Shown here: positions 11,223 through 16,509 of the stretch, in pieces
How positions within the stretch are numbered: the first letter of the stretch is position 1
Layout: the number at the start of each line of letters is the position of its first letter
Assembly: GCA_035710125.1 (NCBI GenBank)
Contig: DASTDY010000070.1
Span: forward strand, 4,198 to 28,197
Length of the DNA stretch: 24,000 bases
Direction: 5' to 3'
Source: Candidatus Saccharimonadales bacterium
GTDB taxonomy: Bacteria > Patescibacteriota > Saccharimonadia > Saccharimonadales > EFPC-124
Made by a program: the position numbers and the translations under genes
The notes under the pieces: model-generated
What the model was told of the DNA's origin: nothing
What the model saw: the letters and a program-made list of their open reading frames with translations, nothing else
Databases searched by the model: none

Positions 11223-12071
11223 TTATTTTGCGGCATCATTCCCCGCCACTGGTTTAAGTTCGGGTTTGAGTGAATGATCATCATGTGAATCGCCACCGTG
11301 CGACGTTGTGGCCATGCCAAGGTACGCCGTGGTAAGCATTATAAAAATGTAGGCTTGGATTACGCTAAAGAAAATCTCCATAAAGTACACAGGAATCGTT
11401 GCCGCCCAGCCAAAGTTACCTGCAATATCGCCAATGACGTGCAACAATACCTCGCCAGCGTAGATTACACCAAATAAACGCATGCTGAGCGTCATAATAC
11501 GAATAAATTCACCCATGACCTCTATAAGCCCTATAAAGAGGTTCATCGGATTCCACGGCTTGTTTGTGAAGTAGTTTCTTAGGTGCCCCACAAAACCAAG
11601 TTCACGAAGCGCATAAAACTGTACCAACCCAATGGTAAGCACGGCGAGCGCGAGCGTACCGTTAAGGTCGGTAGTAAAAGGGCGGAGTAGGGGAGTTACA
11701 TGCTCGCCAGACCCCACTGTTACAGTACCCACTCCTGGCAGCAAACCAGACAAGTTGCTAATTAAAATAAAGGTGAACAGGGTAATGATGAGCGGCAAAT
11801 GTTTTGCGGCTTTTTTGCGGTCACCCCCAAAGTTTTCGGCGGCTGCGCCCACAATAAGCTCTAGCAAGCTCTCTACCCAAAACGCAAATTTACTCTTTGG
11901 ACGCAAGGTTGTGCGGCGTGCGGCGGCAATAAAAATAGCCAGTACGGCAGCACCAAGTATGACGCCAAAAAACATGGCGTTGGTAACTACAAAAGACCCA
12001 ACATTAAAAATGGGCTCTGCCGCCAGGGGTACGCCGGTACCTATTGAAGCTATGTGCTGTAGATTCTGCAT
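11223..12071 (-). CDS. atpB: Fo ATP synthase subunit a
   Basis: Polytopic membrane protein with the conserved LSMRLFGVIYAGE motif (essential Arg). First gene of the operon; no atpI upstream. Confidence 0.9.
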   Translation of the reverse strand: MQNLQHIASIGTGVPLAAEPIFNVGSFVVTNAMFFGVILGAAVLAIFIAAARRTTLRPKSKFAFWVESLLELIVGAAAENFGGDRKKAAKHLPLIITLFTFILISNLSGLLPGVGTVTVGSGEHVTPLLRPFTTDLNGTLALAVLTIGLVQFYALRELGFVGHLRNYFTNKPWNPMNLFIGLIEVMGEFIRIMTLSMRLFGVIYAGEVLLHVIGDIAGNFGWAATIPVYFMEIFFSVIQAYIFIMLTTAYLGMATTSHGGDSHDDHSLKPELKPVAGNDAAK

Positions 12072-12083
12072 TTCTTGGTGGAT

Positions 12084-12112
12084 AGTATAGCAGTAAAACA
12101 GGTGTAGGCCAA
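12084..12112 (-). promoter_or_regulatory. candidate atp operon promoter
   Basis: Read on the minus strand: TTGGCC (12107-12112), 17-nt spacer, TATACT (12084-12089). 12 nt separate it from the atpB ATG, and there is no SD. Confidence 0.4.
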
Positions 12113-12354
12113 GGCTAAGGATCGTAACGCGCCACGACTGGTGGGACGATACCTTTTAAGAACCAGTCTTTGCGTTTGGCTCACCCACCGGTTTTGATTC
12201 GGGCGATCCCCGTTACGATCGACAGTGAATTTTCTTTAATACGCTTCCACACATAAATATGATACCAAACTAAATTAACAGTTGTTGGCATGCATGCAGC
12301 ATTTTGGGCAAGATGGCCACATATAATGCCAGAAGTGACGTTCTTTAGAAACAC

Positions 12355-12383
12355 TTGACTTCTTATACGAAATATTATATGAT
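12355..12383 (+). promoter_or_regulatory. sigma70-like promoter of cassette D
   Basis: TTGACT (12355-12360), 17-nt spacer ending AAATATTA, TATGAT (12378-12383). The -35 and the spacer 3' half are identical to the cassette E promoter. Confidence 0.55.
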
Positions 12384-12415
12384 TTAATTTAGTCTGCAAG
12401 GTAAAAACCAGCAAG

Positions 12416-12430
12416 ACAAGCACCCTGCGT
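12416..12430 (+). promoter_or_regulatory. 5'-leader box of cassette D (ACAAGCACCCTGC shared with E)
   Basis: GCACCCTGCGT (12420-12430) is the exact reverse complement of ACGCAGGGTGC (12921-12931), which lies just 5' of hammerhead 1. The 13-nt ACAAGCACCCTGC recurs at 13098-13110. Confidence 0.6.
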
Positions 12431-12460
12431 TACTACCGCCTAGGAAAAGGACTTTCCGAG

Positions 12461-12883
12461 ATGAACTTCTTCGCCAAGATCGCCCAGCGTTTCACCAGCA
12501 AGAAGACCGCGGCCACCGTGTTGCACATCTTCTGCACGATCCGTTCGATGCAGACGAAGGTTGGCGGCATGCTGCACTACGCGCTGGAGAGCACCACCCC
12601 CGCCTTGTTCTGGCCGACCAGCCACACCAACCCCGCAATGGGGTTCACGGTGTGGTCCACGCCGGACCTGCACGGGTTCACCATGGACGTCGCCATCTCT
12701 TGCCCCAACCGATTGGTGCGCGCCGCGACGGAGAGAGTCCTTCGGCAGAGCCCCTACCTGGCTCCTGGCTCGCTGCAGAGCAACGGCACCACCATCTGGT
12801 GCACGTTCTCCAGCGGCTACGCCGAGCTGGCGGATCGCTACTACACCGTGCGATCCAACATGCTGGCGTACCGCCCCTCCTAG
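12461..12883 (+). CDS. hypothetical protein, high-GC cassette D (140 aa)
   Basis: ATG at 12461 with AAAGGA upstream. This is the only frame with a natural composition; the overlapping and antisense ORFs are Arg/Pro/Gly-rich. No family recognised. Confidence 0.65.
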   Translation: MNFFAKIAQRFTSKKTAATVLHIFCTIRSMQTKVGGMLHYALESTTPALFWPTSHTNPAMGFTVWSTPDLHGFTMDVAISCPNRLVRAATERVLRQSPYLAPGSLQSNGTTIWCTFSSGYAELADRYYTVRSNMLAYRPS

Positions 12884-12920
12884 TCGATTCTTGGCTTCCG
12901 CACTGCGCGGAGCCGGCGGG

Positions 12921-12933
12921 ACGCAGGGTGCGT
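12921..12933 (+). promoter_or_regulatory. GGG-loop hairpin occluding the hammerhead 1 stem III strand
   Basis: ACGCA-GGG-TGCGT. Its 3' arm overlaps the stem III 5' strand (12930-12937). The 14-nt ACGCAGGGTGCGTT is conserved in cassette E. Confidence 0.5.
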
Positions 12934-12988
12934 TTCGTCTATATCTTATAGATATACTGATGAGCTCTGATAGAGCGAAACGAAACGC
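12930..12988 (+). ncRNA. type III hammerhead ribozyme 1 (GUC cleavage after C12939)
   Basis: Stem III: GCGTTTCG (12930-12937) with CGAAACGC (12981-12988), plus A15.1:U16.1. GTC triplet at 12937-12939. Stem I: TATATCT (12940-12946), loop TAT, AGATATA (12950-12956). Core CTGATGA (12957-12963). Stem II: GCTCT, loop GAT, AGAGC (12964-12976) with the G10.1:C11.1 pair. GAAA (12977-12980). Confidence 0.85.
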
Positions 12989-13040
12989 CAACCAACACTA
13001 CATACCTTATAAGTCCAGCCATTTTTGGTTTAATTTACCA

Positions 13041-13069
13041 TTGACTTTTTTATATAAATATTATACAAT
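13041..13069 (+). promoter_or_regulatory. sigma70-like promoter of cassette E
   Basis: TTGACT (13041-13046), 17-nt spacer ending AAATATTA, TACAAT (13064-13069). Confidence 0.55.
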
Positions 13070-13097
13070 AGTACGGCATAGGAAATCCTTCCAAAGC

Positions 13098-13110
13098 ACA
13101 AGCACCCTGC
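13098..13110 (+). promoter_or_regulatory. 5'-leader box of cassette E (ACAAGCACCCTGC)
   Basis: GCACCCTGC (13102-13110) is the reverse complement of GCAGGGTGC (13644-13652) in front of hammerhead 2. Confidence 0.6.
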
Positions 13111-13129
13111 ACGAACTTGAGAGGTCTAA

Positions 13130-13600
13130 ATGGGATTCATCAGCAACTTCCGCGAGTGGCTCATCACCGACCACTTCCGCAAGGAGTTGGGCGTGGTAGG
13201 TATGGCTCTGGCGGCCATTCGCGGCCAGCAGCTGCGCTACCAGATGCGCTACGAGCTTGCGATTGCCAGCAACAAACCCGTTTACGAACCCAACGGCCCG
13301 AACTTCACCAGCACCGTCGACGTCGTCACGCCCCTGGGCACAGTCAACCTGACCGCGAACGCCGTCGGCAACGACCTGTCCAAGCTCTACCTGAGCGTGG
13401 GCTGCGGCAAGCGCCTGGCTGTGGAGCTGATCGAGGCAGCGCTCGCGGCGTCGGGCGAGGAGTTCACCCCCTTCGGAGTGGACGCGTTGGAGTTCCAGCG
13501 GGCCGAGGACTACAACGACCTCCTCTACCTGTTCACCTGCGAGATCAGCGGTGTCCCCGCACACCTGGAGGAGAGCTACCACAAGGCCTTCCCAGGCTGA
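13130..13600 (+). CDS. hypothetical protein, high-GC cassette E (156 aa)
   Basis: ATG at 13130 with GAGAGG (13119-13124) 5 nt upstream. Natural composition. No family recognised. Confidence 0.65.
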   Translation: MGFISNFREWLITDHFRKELGVVGMALAAIRGQQLRYQMRYELAIASNKPVYEPNGPNFTSTVDVVTPLGTVNLTANAVGNDLSKLYLSVGCGKRLAVELIEAALAASGEEFTPFGVDALEFQRAEDYNDLLYLFTCEISGVPAHLEESYHKAFPG

Positions 13601-13638
13601 CCTCCAACACATTCGACAGTGTCTTCGGGCACAGTCGG

Positions 13639-13657
13639 GCGAACGCAGGGTGCGTTC
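13639..13657 (+). promoter_or_regulatory. GGG-loop hairpin occluding the hammerhead 2 stem III strand
   Basis: Perfect 8-bp stem, CGAACGCA (13639-13646), loop GGG, TGCGTTCG (13650-13657). It sequesters all of GTTCG (13653-13657), which the ribozyme stem III needs. Confidence 0.55.
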
Positions 13658-13706
13658 GTCTATATCTATTAAGGTATACTGATGAGCCCTGTTAGGGCGA
13701 AACGAA
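13653..13706 (+). ncRNA. type III hammerhead ribozyme 2 (GUC cleavage after C13659)
   Basis: Stem III: GTTCG (13653-13657) with CGAAC (13702-13706), plus A:U. GTC triplet at 13657-13659. Stem I: TATATC, loop TATTAA, GGTATA (13660-13677). CTGATGA (13678-13684). Stem II: GCCCT, loop GTT, AGGGC (13685-13697). GAAA (13698-13701). Stem II carries a compensatory T:A to C:G change relative to ribozyme 1. Confidence 0.8.
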
Positions 13707-13720
13707 CAAACGAAACATCT

Positions 13721-13778
13721 AAATAGGGTGGTTGTCTTTTTTTCGACTGTCTTAGAAGAAAAAAGACACCACCCTATT
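13721..13778 (+). repeat. conserved-apex long hairpin, copy 1
   Basis: AATAG (13721-13725) pairs with CTATT (13774-13778). The middle stem GGTGGTTGTC pairs with GACACCACC (one bulged T). The apex TTTTTCGACTGTCTTAGAAGAAAAA is identical to copy 2. A possible outer extension is CATCTA (13715-13720) with TAGATG (13784-13789). Confidence 0.65.
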
Positions 13779-13808
13779 TTGCTTAGATGTTTACTCAAAT
13801 AATCCTTA

Positions 13809-13836
13809 TTGACTTTCACTCACGATAGTATAATAT
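13809..13836 (+). promoter_or_regulatory. sigma70-like promoter of cassette F
   Basis: TTGACT (13809-13814). The -10 is ambiguous within TAGTATAATATATAAT (for example TAATAT at 13831-13836 with a 16-nt spacer). Confidence 0.4.
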
Positions 13837-13909
13837 ATAATAACCCCTTAGCGATCATTTCCGCTCTGGGCTTTACGTATCCCCGTTTCTGAATCAGGAG
13901 GCACTGCGA

Positions 13910-14326
13910 ATGATCGCAGCTTGCAGAACACAGATCACGGCCCTCGGCGAGAAAGTTTTGGCCTTCATCGGCGCGCCCGACTGCACCACCAACGACACCG
14001 CGTGGTTCGGCACCTTCGGCGTCGAGCTCGGGCTGCTGCCCGAAGCCAAAGACGACAGCGTGCGCATCACCTGCGCGGTGACGTTCGCGGAGGCCGACGA
14101 CGACCTCATGGACGCCGTCACGACCTCGCTGCACGACCTCGGCATGGTCAAGACCGACGAGGACCTCGCGGCGCGGCACCTCAAGTTCGAGATGCCGACC
14201 GAGATCTGGCGCAAGTACGCGGCCGACTGCGGTCAGATCGACCTGACCTCGCCGGCTACGATCACCCCGATCGGCGCGCCCACGACGTCGCACGGCCTCG
14301 ACCTGGCCCTCGCGACCACGGCCTGA
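13910..14326 (+). CDS. hypothetical acidic protein, high-GC cassette F (138 aa)
   Basis: ATG at 13910 with AGGAGG 8 nt upstream. Natural composition, unlike the overlapping Arg-rich frame 13921..14424. Confidence 0.65.
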   Translation: MIAACRTQITALGEKVLAFIGAPDCTTNDTAWFGTFGVELGLLPEAKDDSVRITCAVTFAEADDDLMDAVTTSLHDLGMVKTDEDLAARHLKFEMPTEIWRKYAADCGQIDLTSPATITPIGAPTTSHGLDLALATTA

Positions 14327-14344
14327 CCTGCTTCACCCGCCGGC

Positions 14345-14386
14345 GGCCCCACGCCCTGTCAACTCCTCCCGCGAGGGCGTGCGGCC
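14345..14386 (+). terminator. GC-rich hairpin after cassette F (no U-tract)
   Basis: CACGCCCT (14350-14357) pairs with AGGGCGTG (14374-14381), extended by GGCC with GGCC. A second small hairpin, GGGGG-TACG-CCCCC, lies at 14405-14418. Confidence 0.45.
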
Positions 14387-14446
14387 GCCACCCATGCAAG
14401 AAACGGGGGTACGCCCCCACCTAGACTTATATGCTATATTATTTAT

Positions 14447-14722
14447 ATGGATAGCGCTTCACACAAAACATCACCAGTCGTTGTATATAGCAGCCCCACC
14501 TGTGGTTTTTGCCACATGGCTATGGATTACCTTTCTGAAAAGGGCGTAGATTTTATAGAAAAAGACATCAGCACCGACCAAGAAGCCTTACGCTATGTAC
14601 TAGAGAAGGTCGGCCAGGCAGTCACTCCAATTATCACTATTGGCGACCAAAATATTGTTGGCTTTGACCGTGCAAAAATAGACGAAGCATTAAAACAGCT
14701 CAACCCACACGCGGCCGCCTAA
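14447..14722 (+). CDS. glutaredoxin-like thioredoxin-fold protein
   Basis: 91 aa. VVVYSSPTCGFCHMAMDYL (a CxxC active site after beta1), with TPIITIGDQNIVGFD typical of the Grx/NrdH fold. Confidence 0.85.
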   Translation: MDSASHKTSPVVVYSSPTCGFCHMAMDYLSEKGVDFIEKDISTDQEALRYVLEKVGQAVTPIITIGDQNIVGFDRAKIDEALKQLNPHAAA

Positions 14723-15292
14723 ATGGCATTTGAAGATTTTAAAACCAAGCCCAGTGTCGTTATTGTATACACTGGCGAAAGCAAGGGAAAAACCAGCGCC
14801 AGCATTGGCCTTATGTGCCGGGCTTTAGGGCGCGGCTGGCGGGTGGCCTATATCCAATTTATAAAAGACTGGGAAGTAGGGGAGCATACGTTTATCCGCA
14901 CTATCGAGCCCCTCTTTGAAGACCGTCTCACCTTTTACAAGGGGGGGAAGGGGTTTTTTAATGCCGGCAGTATCAGCGCAAAAGATGTGACGCCCGCCCA
15001 GCATCGCGAGGCGGCTAAAGCCACCTTTGACTTCGCCCAAAAATGTATAACGTCCGGAAACTACGACCTTGTGGTTTGCGACGAAATCAACAATGCCGTG
15101 GCCGACGGTCTTTTAACGGCCAAAAACCTAGCCTCATTACTACAAACCCGCGCCCCACACACCAGCGTGTGCGTGACCGGCCGGAATTTCCCAGAAGAGC
15201 TGCTGCCGCTGGCAGATATTGCAACCAACATGGCCAAGATAAAACACCATTTCGACGACAAATTTCTTGCCAACAAAGGCATAGACTACTAA
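14723..15292 (+). CDS. cobO: cob(I)yrinic acid a,c-diamide adenosyltransferase family protein (CobO/BtuR-type)
   Basis: P-loop-like YTGESKGKTSASIGLMCRALGRGWRVAYIQFIK, with VCDEINNAV and VTGRNFPEEL. The start abuts the grx stop. Confidence 0.8.
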   Translation: MAFEDFKTKPSVVIVYTGESKGKTSASIGLMCRALGRGWRVAYIQFIKDWEVGEHTFIRTIEPLFEDRLTFYKGGKGFFNAGSISAKDVTPAQHREAAKATFDFAQKCITSGNYDLVVCDEINNAVADGLLTAKNLASLLQTRAPHTSVCVTGRNFPEELLPLADIATNMAKIKHHFDDKFLANKGIDY

Positions 15293-15335
15293 AAAACCGC
15301 CAAGTTGCAGCGGCTGATGTTTTGCGAAAGTATGT

Positions 15336-15379
15336 GCCTGCGGCACCCCAACCCGAAAATCGGGTGGAGTGCCGCAGGC
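15336..15379 (-). terminator. long GC-rich hairpin downstream of island G
   Basis: GCCTGCGGCAC (15336-15346) pairs with GTGCCGCAGGC (15369-15379). Inner ACCCG pairs with CGGGT. It lies between the convergent cobO and G; there is no clear U-tract. Confidence 0.5.
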
Positions 15380-15385
15380 GGCCGT

Positions 15386-15649
15386 TCAGACGACGTAAGC
15401 GCCAGTGCGGGCGTCGCTGATCGAGGACTCAAAGTGCCCCCAGTCGCGCAGCTTCTGGAGCACCTGGCCCACGGTGTAGCTGCTGACGTTCTCCGGCGCG
15501 AAGAACACCACCGTCACAGGACCACTCCCGCTGTGCGCCTTGATGCCGGCGATGCCCAGCAACGAACCATGAAAGCCACCCTTGTCCAGGCAGACGGTCA
15601 TCTGCTCGTGGCCGGTGCCGGCTTCGTAGCCCCACGAAACGCTTCCCAT
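15386..15649 (-). CDS. hypothetical protein, high-GC island G (87 aa)
   Basis: ATG at 15649 with AGGGG 5 nt upstream. The ORF-track TTG at 15682 is less likely. Confidence 0.55.
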   Translation of the reverse strand: MGSVSWGYEAGTGHEQMTVCLDKGGFHGSLLGIAGIKAHSGSGPVTVVFFAPENVSSYTVGQVLQKLRDWGHFESSISDARTGAYVV

Positions 15650-15687
15650 TTGTACCCCTGTCGCTCGTGCTGACTTTGACAAATGTT

Positions 15688-15717
15688 ATGCTATCACACC
15701 ATTTACAATTTTGTAAA
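15688..15717 (-). promoter_or_regulatory. candidate promoter of island G
   Basis: Read on the minus strand: TTTACA (15712-15717), 18-nt spacer, TGaTAGCAT extended -10 (hexamer at 15688-15693). Confidence 0.35.
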
Positions 15718-15729
15718 GTGTGCTACCAT
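15702..15729 (+). promoter_or_regulatory. candidate promoter of island H
   Basis: TTTACA (15702-15707), 16-nt spacer, TGcTACCAT extended -10 (15721-15729). Its -35 and the G -35 are the two arms of TTTACA-N4-TGTAAA. Confidence 0.4.
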
Positions 15730-15784
15730 ATACATCTACCCTGTGTAGGTAGTTTGTTGTCCGTTGTTTTGGAGAGGAACGCAA

Positions 15785-16213
15785 ATGTGTGAAGCGCGGC
15801 GCATCATGGTCACGCCCACCGGCATCGTGCAGGACACGCCCGCACCCCAACCGCAAGCGCAGGGGACGGACGCGCATCCGCCTACCGACCAGCAGGTGTT
15901 GCTGGCCGCCGACAAGCTGGCCGGCATCGAGCTGCTGGTGTCCAACTGCGTGGGCGGCGTCGATTCGACCACTGGAGCCAAGGTGTTACAACCGCTCGAG
16001 GGTGCCGACATCGGCCTGACCGTGCTGGTGGCAGCGAACGCCGAGGCGCCCGACGGCATCGACGTGGAGTTCTTCCGCATCGAGCCGTTGGCAGCCGACC
16101 CCCGCCTGCAGTACTTGGCGTACGACCCGTACGACGAGGTGTGGTTCTTGACCTGCGGCGGCTCGCTGTGCACCAGCACGTCCGAGAGCGAGCTGGTGGG
16201 CGCACCCGCTTAA
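15785..16213 (+). CDS. hypothetical protein, high-GC island H (142 aa)
   Basis: ATG at 15785 with GGAGAGG (15771-15777). A Pro/Gln-rich N-terminal segment precedes a structured-looking C-terminal part. Confidence 0.65.
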   Translation: MCEARRIMVTPTGIVQDTPAPQPQAQGTDAHPPTDQQVLLAADKLAGIELLVSNCVGGVDSTTGAKVLQPLEGADIGLTVLVAANAEAPDGIDVEFFRIEPLAADPRLQYLAYDPYDEVWFLTCGGSLCTSTSESELVGAPA

Positions 16214-16243
16214 TCGGGCCAGACGCCGATTCAAGACATGCAA

Positions 16244-16290
16244 CAAAAGCCCTGCTGGCACACCATGCGCGTACCAGCAGGGCTTTTTGC
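16244..16290 (+). terminator. intrinsic terminator of island H
   Basis: 11-bp stem, AGCCCTGCTGG (16248-16258) with CCAGCAGGGCT (16274-16284). Flanked by AAAA upstream and TTTTTGCTTTTT downstream. Confidence 0.75.
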
Positions 16291-16406
16291 TTTTTAAAAC
16301 TCTTGCTATAATTTTGGTGGGGAGTGAGTGCTTTTTTAGTGCTCCTCTCCACCAGCTGCTTTTAGAGCAGTTTTTATTTTTGTTCACCTTAGCTAAAAGA
16401 CCACGT

Positions 16407-16473
16407 AATAGCGGCAGGTATGTTCCATTTTTCGACTGTCTTAGAAGAAAAATGGAACATACCTGCCGCTATT
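16407..16473 (+). repeat. conserved-apex long hairpin, copy 2
   Basis: Perfect 26-bp stem (16407-16432 with 16448-16473) and a 15-nt loop, CGACTGTCTTAGAAG. The base AATAG/CTATT and the apex TTTTT-loop-AAAAA are identical to copy 1; the middle 16 bp are unrelated but fully complementary. Confidence 0.7.
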
Positions 16474-16500
16474 GCAATCAACCTGACCATACAGTACCAT
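16472..16500 (+). promoter_or_regulatory. candidate promoter of the thermonuclease gene (near-leaderless)
   Basis: TTGCAA (16472-16477), 17-nt spacer, TACCAT (16495-16500). 9 nt to the ATG at 16510. The -35 overlaps the last 2 nt of hairpin copy 2. Confidence 0.4.
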
Positions 16501-16509
16501 TTAATCGCC

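Noticed and set aside
12181-12423. 80-aa minus-strand ORF in the AT-rich spacer between atpB and cassette D.
   Set aside because: It has no RBS or promoter. It runs through the cassette D promoter and the palindromic region, and its composition is low-complexity and AT-driven.
12355-14420. Interpreting the D-E-F array as an integron cassette array, with the hairpins as attC sites.
   Set aside because: There is no intI gene and no GTTRRRY/RYYYAAC core sites. Every cassette carries its own promoter, unlike promoterless integron cassettes.
13715-16473. The two conserved-apex hairpins considered as a CRISPR array or a MITE.
   Set aside because: There are only two copies, 2.7 kb apart. The conserved part is the loop and base rather than a direct repeat flanking spacers. 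The arms differ between copies, so they are not transposed copies of one element, and no target-site duplications were seen.
16420-16509. N-terminal extension of the nuclease ORF (MFHFSTVLEEKWNIPAAIAI..).
   Set aside because: It would translate both arms of the perfect 26-bp palindrome. The ATG at 16510 gives a classical positively charged N-terminus plus TM anchor and has a promoter-like TTGCAA-N17-TACCAT.
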